Below, piece after piece: positions 12,257 through 25,009 of a DNA stretch of 64,000 bases. Source of the DNA: Centroscyllium fabricii. Taxonomy: Eukaryota. How positions within the stretch are numbered: the stretch's first letter is position 1; each line of letters starts with the position of its first letter. Position numbers and translations under genes: made by a program. The DNA lies in contig JBNRSN020000020.1 in assembly GCA_051313645.2 (NCBI GenBank), positions 98,580,001 through 98,644,000 on the forward strand, read 5' to 3'. The notes below the pieces were generated by a model. The model did no database searches and had not been told where the DNA came from. It was given only the letters and a program-made list of their open reading frames with translations.

Positions 12257-13904
12257 GTAAATGATCACACTTCACCGAGAACGATAAAGAAACCCGAGCC
12301 CCCTCTGCACCCAAGCAGATCATTAGGAGGCAAACGTGAACTTGGTACGTCCCTCGTGGGCTACAGGATGCCACTGTTGCTTGGTAGAGGCACCAAATGT
12401 TTTAAATGCTAAGCAGTCCCTTCAAGCATGTCGATCTGTGCCTGCACATTAATTTCCTTTACTTGTCGTAGTATGCACATTGGTATAGCCACCTACTGCA
12501 GCCATTTTGATCCGTCGAGCATACATGCCCCGCCTAAAAAATTACCAAAAATGACAACTCTGCAAATAGCACCAGAGTATAATCCAATGATGCATGAAAA
12601 CATTTGATGGGCTTTGTAGCCTAAGCTGTAGGTATAACCAACATTCTTTCACTTAGATTGGAGGGAAAATGTAGATGAAAGCCTGAAAGGGGAACTAGTG
12701 TGGAAGGAAGGAATGAAATTGGTGTATTTCCAGGAGGTTGGGCCATGCTCTTCATAGAATCCCTACAGTGCAGATAGAGGCCATTTCAGCCCATCGAGCC
12801 TGCACCGACACACATCCCACGCTATCCCCGTAACCCCACATATTTAATCCCCCTAACACTAAGGGTCAATTTATCCTGGTCAATCAACCTAACCCACACA
12901 TCTTTGGACTGTTTTATTGAATATTGAGCTTTACATTAAAAGCGCTGTGGTCAATTTTAAGCATGTTTATACTTAATTGATTTTTTTGGGGGGGATTGAT
13001 CTAAATGAAAGCTAGATCTGAACCAGACTATTTAAATAACATTTTAAAGGTCACTGTCTTGCAATCCGCCCCTTTTGGGACCTAGTTTGGGCAGAGTGAA
13101 GAGAGAAAGATAAATAGATTTGTCTTGGGTGGTAGCCCACTATATGAAATAGCTGGAATCGCTTCTAACTGACAGGCCATGAGTAGCCATGAGGCGGGGA
13201 GGATAAGTGGTCAGCACTGAATTTTGTTAGCAACTTGGAGCATCAGCTTGCAATAGTGGGATGGCCTGGTACCATGTGGTCTAATTCAAACCAGTCAATA
13301 AACATCCTACAGGATCCCAAAGTGGCGGTCTTGATCCCTTGGAGGATGAGGTCCAGTTAGGTTGAACTTTTTGCCAACTCCTCCCCAACCAGTACAACGG
13401 TCTATTTTCACTTTGAATATGTCGTATTCTCTCTGCACACAACTGGAGTGTCAGGCTGATCGCATGGCAGGAAAAACTATTTAATGGCAAAGTTGAGTGC
13501 TGTTGACCATCTGAAACTCTCTGCTCCTGTGACAATAAAAAAAAATGGCCCCAACAATGAAGCAGAAAATTGTTTACATCTACACCCAACAGACTATCGG
13601 AACCCTGCCTGCCCCCAATACATGACCTGAAGATTGCAGAGTCATATGGGGAGGATGGCTGTATTTTATGTATGACTAAGACTGTACCATGCAGGTTAAT
13701 TGTTTGCCATTCGACACCCTCTACAGATTGGATTAGTCTAGTGATGCTAATGGAGACCCTGTAGCTGGGGTCGGAGAAACAAATCAATGGAAGTTGTCAT
13801 CCAATCCTCTGTGGACTGATGTTTCTCAGCCTGTGGGATGACCTGAGTGCTGGTTGTGTGTCTCATTAAGGATACCATTCAGCCTTCAGCGGAGCTATCC
13901 AGCT

Positions 13905-14845
13905 ATTCACAATGTATATTAATGATCTGGATGAGGGAACTAGATGTAATCTCTCCAAGTTTGCAGACGACACAAAGCTGGGTGGGCGTGTGTGCTGTGA
14001 GGATGATGCTGAGAAACTCCAGTATGATTTGGACAGGTTAGGTGATTGGGCAGATGTAGTATAATGTGAATAAATGCGAGGTTATCCACTTTGGTGTCAA
14101 AGGAAGGCAGATTATTATCTGAATGGCAATAGATTGGGAGAAGGGGAAGTGCAACAAGACCTGGACGTCCTTGAGCACTGAAGGTAAGCATGCAGGTGCA
14201 ACAGGCGGTTAAGAAGGCAAATGGTATGTTGGCTTTTGTAGCAAGAGGGTTCGGGTACAAGAACAAGGATGTCTTGCTGCAGTTGTACAGGCCTTGGTGC
14301 GACCACACCTTGAGTATTGTGTGCAGTTTTGGTCACCTTATCTAAGGAAGGATGTTTTTGCCATGGAAGGAGTGCAGTGAAGATTCACCAGGCTGACACC
14401 TGGGATGGCAGGAATGACGTATGAGGATTGGGTCAATTGGGCTTGCACTTCCTGGAGTTTAGAAGAATGAGCGGGGATCTCATTGAAACTTATAAAATTC
14501 TAACAGGACTAGACAGACTAGATGCAGGAAGGATGTTCCCGATGGCGGGGAGTCCAGAACCAGGGGTCACAGTCTAAGGATAAGGGGTAAGCCATTTAGG
14601 ACTGATGAGGAGGAATTTCTTCACCCAGGGAGTGGTGAACCTGTGAAATTCTCTACCACAGAAGGCAGTAGAGGCCAATTCATTAAATATATTCAAGAAA
14701 GAGTTAGATATATTTCTTAAGGCTTAAGGGATATGGGGAGAAAGCAGGGACAGGGTACTGGGTTTGGATGATCAGCCAAGATCGCATTGAATGGCGGAGC
14801 AGGCTCGAGGGGCCGAATGGCCTACTCCTGCTCCTATCTTCTATG
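13905..14845 (+). mobile_element. CR1/HER1 LINE RT 3' fragment
   Basis: SKFADDTKLGG motif; homologous to the 1897-2960 copy. Confidence 0.9.
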
Positions 14846-15024
14846 GATCTATCCGATTATTTCTATCAAGTGTCAGTTGCTTGACATGCAGTAATGTTGC
14901 TATGTTGCAAGTTTTTAATGTCAAACCTGGTGATGAGTGGGCTTTTCACAGCAGAGCAGCTGGTCCTACCAACTGGGCCAACACTGATGATCTGAAATGA
15001 AAACAGCTAATTTTTTTTCAACAT

Positions 15025-18000
15025 CTCTTACTGTGACAAGTTAACTTTATTCCAAAAATCCTGTGGAAAAAATATAACACATTTATTCTATTTAACTAGA
15101 AAAAACATGACTGGCCAGATGTGCTTGTATTAACAGATGGTAAGTATCTCCAGCCACAAAGAGTTTGCAAGCCATTTAGCAGTCCAGAAATGATATGCTC
15201 ACAGTTGTGGGAATGCCACGCCGACAACCTCACACTCAAGATACTGTAATATCTCAGTGTGCTACTCCCAGGTGTTTCAATTGGAAATTTAAAAAAAATC
15301 AAAAAAATCTCCAAAGCGTTCACCAACACTCTAGGCATACAAGTCACCAACTGCGCAAATTCTAGATCGCTGGGCTAAAATTGCAGTATTAGCAGATACT
15401 GTAGAGAAGAAACCTGAAAATCCCATCCCGTCTGTAACCCATATACAAAAAAACAAGTTGCACCCTTTTCAACTATATCAATCCACAATCCAGCCAGGTT
15501 ACCAAGATGTAAACGAGTCTTTTTTAAAATACTAAAATGGTAAGGTTTTATTAGCTGAACCACGTACACAGTACTTCCTTTCTACAGCTAAATTCATAGA
15601 TTCATGCTTACAAACCAAACGCAGTATATAAAAATTATAAATCTGTAACCTATATACAAAAACAACTTGCACTCATTTCAATGCACTGGTTGAAATATTT
15701 ATAATCTGTGTGACCTTTATATCTGCAACAATTAAAATGTTTTACCTGATATTCAAAGCCCTTAATACTGAGTTTGCGTTACTCAGTCACTGTAGTTTGC
15801 GTTACTCAGTCACTGTATAGTTAATTGATGCAAGCGTAAAAAGGCAATATCTGGCTAACTGGTTCTTCTGGTGCATGTTTGGAAGGTTTTGCATTAGGAC
15901 TGGAGGAAATACTGAGTTTTGATTTCTGTTGATCACTCCAAGGTCTTTTCCACTTTACCCTCTGTTGCCCTCGAGTACTTCCTGGTCAATTGTGGGCTAG
16001 ACACAGGGTAAAACTCCTTGAACTCTACTCTATCACCGCGCTTTAATCCCCAACACTGAAGGACATGCACATGTGTGTTTGGAATTTCCACAGGGAAGGG
16101 TTTGCTGGTAGAACCCCATGCAAAACGATGTAAATAGCTAAAAACTACTGTTTTGCACTGTTTCTCTGGGGGGTTTGCCAATCCTCTGTTGGCAGGAGAA
16201 TCCCAAGGAACCTCCGAGCTGTAATATTTTCATTCCCACAACAATGGTCCTTTGCGTTGCCCAATTAATGGCAAATTATAGGCTGTTTTGTGGACTGCAA
16301 CATACTAGGAACTGAATTGATGGCGCGTACCCAAAATTCATTTAATTTAGGATTCTTTTAGCTACAAGAGATTTTCATCCCACCAGTACAGGTTGGATTT
16401 GAAATCTGGTCCACAGCTGAAAAGATATTTTCTCAGGCACTACACCTCCCCTGTTCCTGTAGACAGGAAAAAAAAACTTCATCTCCGGTCTACACACAGA
16501 AACACAGAAGATAGGAGCAGGAGTAGGCCATTCGGCCCTTCGAGCCTGCTCCGCCATTTCATGGCTGATCATTCAAACCCAGCAACCCCCCTCCTACTCT
16601 CTCCCCATATCTCCCGACACCCCCAACTCGAAGAACTATATCTCACACACATAGTTATGGGCAATTTTTTTGTAGTATCTCCAATTCACCTAACGTGAGG
16701 TTGGATTTGAAACCAAGTTCTAACACACGACTGCCCTACCAAGAAAATTCTGCAATTCCAACACATGCACTGAAGGGCCAGGATCAAGTGCTACATCAAG
16801 ACTGCCAAGTGTTTTCTTTAGCACGTTTAACAGCCATCCTGGAGGGCAGCTCTTTGTTCCCTTTTATCGGAGCTGGATTCTGAGCTGTTCCCTTTTTAAT
16901 CGGAGCTGGAGCTGGATTCTGAGCTATGTAAAGATGCGAAAGGATATTCTAACAGGCTTGCACCATATTCAGTTGCTCCAGCATGCAGTTTGACTGCTAT
17001 TTGAACCCAATCCTTGGCAGCTGAAGTCCTGTGCTTTAACACCCCACACAAGCCCCAGAGAAAATTAAACTTCACTTTTCTCTTTGCTGGATTTGAATAT
17101 AGGTCCCAGATGAAAAAAAGGACATTATAAAGTGTAAGCCAAATATTGCTTTCTAATGAGACAGTATCCCATTTTTTTTGGAAAAAACTTTAATTCATAA
17201 ATATAGGGATGTAATTGGCATATGCCAAAATAGTAAAATAAATCCAACTCTGCAATGGTGAAGGGACAACCATGCTAGAGGAAATGGTACTTTACGGTTG
17301 GATTGCACTTGTGCATACCATCTCCTTTTTAAATTTAGGAATAAAACTCATGCAACCTTTTCCTAGGGAAAAAACTAGTCTACCTTTTTAAAGGACAATA
17401 AAGAATACTGAAAATAACGACCATTTCTTGCAATGTGTTCCCTGCCCCAAGTCTCCTCTCCTGAAGCACCTACACATGCTCACATGCTGGAGTAAGGTTT
17501 CATTGACAGCAGCACACCTCTGCGACCACACCAAAGTGTCTTTTTTCATGCAAGCGGCAAGACAATGAACACTGGTGTGCCATCCAGTGGTGGAGGGCGT
17601 CGCTGAGCGGTCCTCACGCAACATCCGCATGTGCGGACTTTCCAGAAGACATTAGATGCCGGTCAGGAGTAGTAACCACAGCTGAATGTTCCGCGTGCCC
17701 TTCCTGCCCGAAGGCCCAGAGTTGAGGTCTGCTGCTGACCTGGCCGAGATCACCTAACTTAGGACAGATCAGAGATCGAACGTTGGACCATCTGGTCTGC
17801 AACGCTCAGTACTAGATCTCACGCTGCACTTACTTCCCAATTGGCAGCACATTCGATCACCCCTTTTGGGGGGGGAAAAAACACTTTCTTTGCTGCATTA
17901 CAGCCACATTTGAGGCACGAAAATGGCATCTAACTTACCATTTTCGTAAAATAAATTGTTTACCTCCCAAAATGGTTTACTGTCTCTCAAGAAGCAGTTT

Positions 18001-18659
18001 CTCTGCTACATTTTACTGAGTATTTGCATCATGTACACAAAGACATTTAAAAAAAATGCACTCATACATTATCCCTTAATTAACAAACACTGGAAAAAAA
18101 TACAAAATCATGTAAGTTTCATAACATACCATATGCATCATGAAAACCCTTCCCTCCCCACCCCCACCCATTACAAGATACCTTTATTCCAATCATATTT
18201 CCCCTCCCCCACCCCCCCCAAGAAGTCTTTGATAAACTTAATAAACGCACAGGACACTAATCTTTGACCTCCGCCAACTTTCTAAAAGTGGACAAAGTAT
18301 CAGGAGGGTTGACCCCCCCCCCCCCCACCCCACCAAAACTAATATAGACTACATACCATCACCACTGAAAGCAGTTTTAAAATTGGTTTTCGCCATCAGC
18401 ACTAAACAGTTACTCAAGGTCCTTTTTCTATTGAAGTGAGTTTTGTTGCCATTATTCATACTCCAGTACTTTTTAAGTCTTAAATTCTCAAAGGTTTGCA
18501 ACATAAAGCAGATTTGTCTGGAGAAGCCTGGTTTGTTGTAAAGCTCCCATTTCTGTTTCAGGAATGCAGGCGAGGCAGTCAATGTAGGAATACTGGACTG
18601 AGGCGAGACCATCAATTTTACTTGGTGCTCGTTTCAAAAGACTTGCATAAGGCAGAGGT
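15025..18659 (-). other. NFYA: Probable NFYA 3'UTR
   Basis: Repeat-poor sequence after the stop; minus-strand AATAAA at 15046-15051; may extend to the AATAAA at 12251-12256. Confidence 0.55.
15771..15816. repeat. Exact 23-bp tandem duplication in the NFYA 3'UTR
   Basis: AGTTTGCGTTACTCAGTCACTGT x2. Confidence 0.9.
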
Positions 18660-18713
18660 TTAGGCCACCCTGATCACCTGACCCACTATTTCTTCATTCT
18701 GCTGCTGGTGTTT
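18660..18713 (-). CDS. NFYA: NF-YA last coding exon
   Basis: Strong acceptor tttcccctctctgcag; encodes KHQQQNEEIVGQVIRVA*, same length and ending pattern as human DPNQADEEAMTQIIRVS*; total CDS 936 nt. Confidence 0.9.
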   Translation of the reverse strand, partial: KHQQQNEEIVGQVIRVA

Positions 18714-18846
18714 CTGCAGAGAGGGGAAAGATTGAAAAGATTAACTTAAGTTTTTTGTAAAATTTCCCATCAATAATAATGTTTATATAATTTAGTTGAT
18801 TCAGAAAACTGTCAGTTAAGAAATGCTCCCCAACACATTTGGGGGT

Positions 18847-19482
18847 AAGATGGCGGCACGCATAGACGCAGCGGCTTTGCATCTCCCGAGGTGATGCTGT
18901 CCGCTGGTGGTTCTGGGTCTGTTCGCTTGGAGGGGACGGCGGGGTGGTGCGCCGGAGAATGGCTGACGTCTTGCGGGCTCGTTCGTGCCGGGCAGCTTAA
19001 TGTCCTAGTTGCGCGGTGCGTTCGGGTAGCAGTAAGCTTTTCACTGTCGAAATTGTATTTAAACATGTGACAATAAATTTAACTTGAACTTGAGTTGTTG
19101 GAGCACCGGGATGTCTGCGATCGGAGCATTGGGGACGCACCGAAGCCGGCATGGTTGGAGCGCCGCCGGGGCCTTGAGGTCGCCGTGTTCGGAGCCGGAG
19201 CCTGCGTGGTCACCGAGGTCGGCTTGGTCGTAGCGCCGGAGGTCGGCGCGTTCGGAGCGCCGGGGCCTGCGTGGTCACCGGTCATAGCACCGGAGGTCGG
19301 TGAGTTCAGAGCGCCGGAGCCTACGTGGTCGGAGCACCAGGGCCGACATGGAATGGAACAGACTGGGACTTAAAGCAGTGGACATTTTATTATCTGCATC
19401 GTTTCTTGGGAGTTTGCAAGAATGCATTTCGTTGTATTGTGTTTATTCACTCTGCAATGACAATAAATTGAATCTTATCTTA
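18847..19482 (+). mobile_element. Non-autonomous Rex1-tailed retroposon with GC-rich VNTR, containing a nested second short retroposon (~18950-19092)
   Basis: Starts AAGATGGCGGC; ends CAATGACAATAAA..TCTTA; second copy at 36661-37322 (-). Confidence 0.75.
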
Positions 19483-20303
19483 TACAATTCCAGCTGAATT
19501 GGCGAGCCTAAATTGTTCACTATTGGGAAGGGTAGGTATAAGGACAGAGCATAAGCTAAAATGCAGAGCTCATCTCTCCCATGTTTATCTTAATGTCTTT
19601 GGTATAACACTATCTGTGCTTTAATTGATAGTGGATCCTCGTAACATTTTCCATTAACTCAGGGGTTCCTCAGAAATTTATACCCTCTCTCACGCTGATC
19701 CTTTTCATACTAATGTCCTGCTCCACATCATCAAACCATATCCACCTATTCTATATTCAGCAACTTTCTTGATTGCAGCTCCTCGCTGAACACAATCTCC
19801 GTTCCTCACGCAGTGCAATGCCTGAATCTCCTCCATGCCCTCCGACACAACAGCAAAAATCGCTCAAGTCTTTTTTATGTTTCTTGCAAATCGAACCAAT
19901 GGCGATCACCGTTTACCCTTGACGTCTCTATCCTTAGTCCTTCTTGGCCGATCTCCTCTGATCTTAAATAGAATTAACAAATCTCCATCATTTCTATGGC
20001 TTCCTCCAAGAAGCCCAGGTTCCTTTTCTCATGCCAAACACTTATCCCTCTCCTCCAGGAACTCCTAACTCTAAGTCGGCCCAGGATCTGAATATTTCCA
20101 TACCCGAGGAGGCTCTAATACCGCTCGTTATCTGATAGGCGATCCAACTCTCAGCTCTAGCCTCCAATGTCACAACCATTCCTGTCCCCCACTTTATTTC
20201 ATCAGTGCCACTATGGCCAGTGCTCCAAGCCTTCCTCGCATGTCTCCCAAGGTGCACATATGCCGTCCTACACCCATTTCCTCCTCCCAACTATTAACTG
20301 TTA

Positions 20304-20774
20304 CAGGTTGAGCACCGTTAATCTGGCACGGTCGGGACCAGGACCGTGCCGAATTTGTGAAAACTCCGAATGATTGAAGCTTCGGCGAGCGCATGCGCAG
20401 ACCATTCAAAATGGCCGCCGCGAAAGGCCGGCGGCCATTTTGAATGGTCTGCGCATGCGCTCATCGGCCGGGGAGGCCTGGGACAATACCAAGGTCGACT
20501 TTTTAAATTTAGAGAAAGTAATTCTGTTCCATTGTAAATGCATCTTGCCTCAGTTTCAAAGTTGAAAGCTAACAAACTATGCGGCCAGACGTCACACCCT
20601 TTGTGGGTTGGGAGGAAACTTTAGTTTTAACATTGAAGCTTCGGTCTGCGCATGTGCTCATCATTCACCAAGTGCGGTGGCCATATTGCGCATGCGCCGA
20701 CCACTTGGGGAAATCTGTGCCGGACGTCGGAAGCTGCCGGTTTTTCGGGTGCCGGATTCACGGTGCCCAACCTG
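20304..20774. mobile_element. Tigger/pogo-like MITE with NRF1/YY1 motif arrays and AT-rich cargo (~20485-20630)
   Basis: TA|CAGGTTGAGCACCG...CGGTGCCCAACCTG|TA; TA target-site duplication (TSD) and Tigger4/MER46-like TIR start. Confidence 0.85.
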
Positions 20775-22433
20775 TACAATCAAGACTTGTCACATTCTAA
20801 CTCAACCAAAACTGTAACTATTTACCTCCCTAAATCGCTACCTCCTCCCTACAATCTTCAGGCTTTTAAAACCAAATCTTGGCATCACCTAATTATTGTT
20901 TCATTCGCCTCTTTTTTAAATCTTTTCAATCTTGGTGATGATGTCTCGCACTGTGGGTATTAAATTTTAATCTTGAGTTCGCAATGAAAAAAAACTCTGA
21001 AGGATTTTCACCACTTACAAATACTTCATCAGTGTTTCATGATGCTGCCGACTGCTGTGATAGTCGCTCATTATATAGTTTTGCCTCACTAATCCCGAAT
21101 CAATCCAACACCACAAAATCTGCTGGATTAATGGCGGTCAGAACAACCTATTCAAGATGGCTGCTCCAGTGCGGCACAAATATACACAATCCCGTTGTTT
21201 ACACTGGCAGAGCAAACTGAAACTCCTGCAGTACGTGAAAACAAAGCACAGAAAAAGCTGGAAGTACTCAGGTCAGGAAGCATCTGTGAAGAAACAGAAG
21301 TCAGTCAATGGTTCAGGTATAAAACCCTTAGGACTGAAGGATCTGTGACCTGAAGTGCTGACTGAATGACTTCTGTTACTCCGAAGATGCTGCCGGACCT
21401 GCTAAGCTGTTTCGGTTTTTGTTTTTAGATTTCCAACATCCGACGGTATTTTGCCTTTTGTTTATCTTGTGTGAAGAGTCCATAGAAATGCTGCTACCGT
21501 TGTTCAATTTCTTTTGGCGTTGAGTGTCCAGGGATAGCGATCAGACGGCAACAATCAAGACTAAAAAAACGTCAGTAGGAGAAACAGAGCAAGGTGACCA
21601 GAGGGAGCGTGGACTTGCTTTGCTAAGTGCACTTTCCTTGATAAACTGAGGGTTGTTGGTTTATCAAGAAAAGGAACACGTGCCTAAATCGCTTTGTTTC
21701 CAGATCAGAGCGCTGGAGTCAGAGTGCAATTTTTCCATTTGCCAAGTGCCTTATGTACTGCTCCAAACTGTGGGCCAATGAGTGAGCCGTTAAGATTATT
21801 GTGGATTCCAGATAAGAATCCCAGATTAAACTAGATTGTACCGCAGTATTGTCAATTTGGTGATTTTTTCTGTGGTCAAAGAGCTAAGACTTTGGTGTTT
21901 AATGGCTTTAACAAGCTCAAGTGTGTGCAGAGACACAGGTTTGTCAATCTACTTGCCCTATTGTTAATTGTACCTCTACTGAAACTGCACTGTAGGAGAA
22001 AGTTTGTTGAGAAGAATGTCAGAGTGCAGGGTGAATACAGTACCTCACATCACTCTGAAAATGTAACCGAATAATACTTTACCTTTTTGTTTTTTTCTCT
22101 AGCCTACCCAGAAATCATTCAGGCTGTTGAATAAATATAAATGTACAAATAAATATCATAGAAATCAAAGGTGACAACCTTAAGGGTTGGTTTTCAACAT
22201 ATTCTTAGGGCTACCGCCATAGAATTTTCATTTTTCACAAGGGTTTAACTTGAGGCGTGAAGAAAATAAAACGTATTAATGTTCTTTGCACAACTTTCAA
22301 TATTTTCATTTTATTGTACACATTCAAGAGTGGGAGAGATGGCAAGATAATCTCAAGAAACAGATGACGGGATTGCCCCTAACCTATATTGCATGCACAC
22401 TTACATATGATATCTGCGTATTTTAGTAACCGT

Positions 22434-23163
22434 GAGGGGGACTTTGCCAGAAGGGCGGGAACTGGTCTGGGCGCCCAAACAGCTGGGAAGGCCACGCAAT
22501 TTTAATTTGATTGGGTTGTTAAATCCACGTCGGCGGCAGCGGGTGGTAATTAAGTCAATCGAGTCGGGCTCCAGCGGGGCTGCGAGGAGTTTGATTGACA
22601 GTTCCAGCACTGGTTGTTGACACTTCCCATGGAAGCACTCCACTGTGACATCACAGTCGAGTGGAACCAATGGGAAAGGTCAAGTGCTGGTGACTGACAG
22701 GTGGGCGGGCGGGCTCAGAATCCTTGACAGCTCGGCAGCGGCTGTGAGCAAATGTGCAGAGCTGAGGTTTCTCAGTTTTTGCTCACAGCTGGTGCAGACA
22801 GAACGGAGTTACTTACTCCTCTAAGGTGCTGGAGGCATGCCAAGCATTTGGCAGCATGTCCTTTACACCTTGAAGGAGAAAGTGGTAACCAGCGCTGTGC
22901 TCCCGCTGGGGTTTAAGGTGACGGGGTTAGGGCGGGAAACAGGTCAAAATGGCTGAGGGCCCTTAAAATGGCATTAAAGATGCCAATTAAGGGCCCTTAA
23001 CGAGGTGACAACCCATCCCCGCCGGCCGGAAGGTTTTGGGGTGGGGAATCTGGGCGGGCGAAAATGAAAAAGCGGCGGGGAGGGGTCGCAACCCGTCGGT
23101 TCCGCTATTTTGCCAGCCGAGCTGCCGAAAACCCTGCCTCACGGGGACATGAGATTCCCCCCC
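22434..23163 (+). mobile_element. Poly-G-ended Harbinger-like MITE
   Basis: Collinear with the 47951, 55682 and 62286 copies; internal dyad AGGGCCCTTAA...TTAAGGGCCCT; C-run end. Confidence 0.78.
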
Positions 23164-24246
23164 AGTGTATGCGAGTTTATAACATGCATCTGATACAAGA
23201 GACCAGGTTAATGAAGTCAAAGTCAGGCAATGTTGGAAATATACAGCAGATCTGTCAGCACTGAAAATAAATTGTGGGTTATTGCTTTGACTAAAGACCC
23301 TTTGTCAGGACTCAAAGATATTTTGGTGTTTTCAATGCTCCTTTGACCACTGCGGCTGCCACTTGATGTGATCCATCCTCTCTATCAGATCAAGTTTCAA
23401 GTTAACTTTATTTGTTACATACATCATTATACATGTACAAAGTGTAGTGAGATGCGGTTGTAAGCATTCTCTTGCTCTCTCTCCAGCACCATTTGCATCT
23501 ATCTGCATCAGATCCACCCTGGTTTTCAGTTTCACATCGACATTTGGCACTTTTAATAAATTATTTTTCTCTTTCAGAAAGACACTCAATGGGTGCAGCC
23601 CAATCTCCTGCCCCCTCTTGCCTTTCACTGTCTTCTGATCCCATTTATCCTTCGAGCCCCACCGTTGTTTGGATTCCCATCTGCCAGGTTTTCACCATTC
23701 TTTGACCTTGCCCTTTATCACTCCAAATGATTTGTTCTCAGCTTCACTGCCTTACAGCCTCAGCAGGTTACAAGCTTGACAATGATGCCCCAGCTCGGAT
23801 TCTGCTGTCCTCATTCCTGTGCTTTCTCCCCTCACGCCTCCACCGCTTCTCCTTCCACCAGAGTCCTTTTGGACCTCTCGCGTGCCCTCTTTTCATCGAG
23901 AGCTGCCAAAATCAGTTGTTCTGCACTCCCTTTACCCATTCTAATCTACCTCTCTCTGACTCTTCTCGCTCTCTTGGATCCCTAACCTAGTTTAAAAGTC
24001 TGCTGGGTGTGTTGCTATTTTGTGGCACTATTACAATTCAGCCTTTTACATAAGAACATAAGAAATAGGAGCAGGAGTAGGCCAATCGGCCATTCAATAA
24101 GATCATGGCTGATCTGATCCTACCCTCAAATCTCCTTACACTCTCCATCGCACCCTAGCCCATGTGATCTCCTGGGAGAGGCAAAAAACCAGGTAATTAA
24201 AAGTTATCCTGCTGAAAAGGATTGATGATAGGTGCCGTCAGAGACT

Positions 24247-24891
24247 GGGGGGGGGGGGGGGGGGAAATGGGGTTGCTTTGCGCCTCCCGTTAGCGCCCTA
24301 AGAGGGCGCAAAGCAACTAGTGCCCGGGCGTGGCACCACCCACGTCTCCCGCAAAATTCAGCGGGAGGTTAGCAGCAGCACTAACCGGTAGCGCCCCGCG
24401 GCGATGACGCATTTGCCGTGTGCAGCGCTCCGGCAACGATTTTCGGAAGCGCCCGACGCTATGTCTGATGGGGTCAGGAGGCCTACCTGCGGCCGGGGCG
24501 GCGCAATTTAAAGGCAAGGTGCAGGGCGGCCGCTTTTGTTGCTTGCCGCCTGCCAGCGCTCCCGTCCCCGGCCTCCTGAACGCCCCCCCCCGCCCGAAGG
24601 GCCGGCTGCGCTCCAAGAGTCTGGCACTCCCGAGCCCCGGTGCGCAAAGCCCCTCCCCCTTAAGAAGGGGAGGAAGGCCTTCAACACCGTGGCACAACGT
24701 GGTGCAGCGCTGCAGCACGTAGCGCCACGATACTGACTCGCAGCACCCCAAGAGGGAAGCGGGGCGTTTCCAGTAGCGCCCCACTTCCCTCTTGGGGCGA
24801 AACCACTCAATTTCCAGCGCGAGGGCGCTAATTTTTCTGGGGTGCTAAAAGTAGCACCCTGGAAAAGGTAGGCTACTCAACCTTCAGCCCC
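24247..24891. mobile_element. GC/CpG-rich non-autonomous DNA element, probably Harbinger-like
   Basis: G-run plus GAAATGG start and CAGCCCC end; internal TAGCGC repeats; no clear TSD. Confidence 0.5.
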
Positions 24892-25009
24892 GTGTCTTTT
24901 AAGATCTGGGATTTGCATATTTTGTTTTCTTTCTTTGCAGATATAATGTAGCCCAAAGTAACTACACAGGTCTGTTGCATATTAAGATTCAAATCATTCT
25001 CTAATAATA

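Noticed and set aside
13281-13787. 168-aa ORF on - between the two genes
   Set aside because: No recognisable domain or exon structure; probably a chance frame in UTR or intergenic DNA
21238-21460. Imperfect inverted repeat
   Set aside because: An old head-to-head pair of Penelope pLTR tails with decayed ribozyme cores; an ordinary PLE remnant
24317-24810. CpG-island-like region with several overlapping ORFs
   Set aside because: It lies in an NFYA intron, is bounded by G/C-run termini, and is better explained as a GC-rich DNA element than as a gene or promoter
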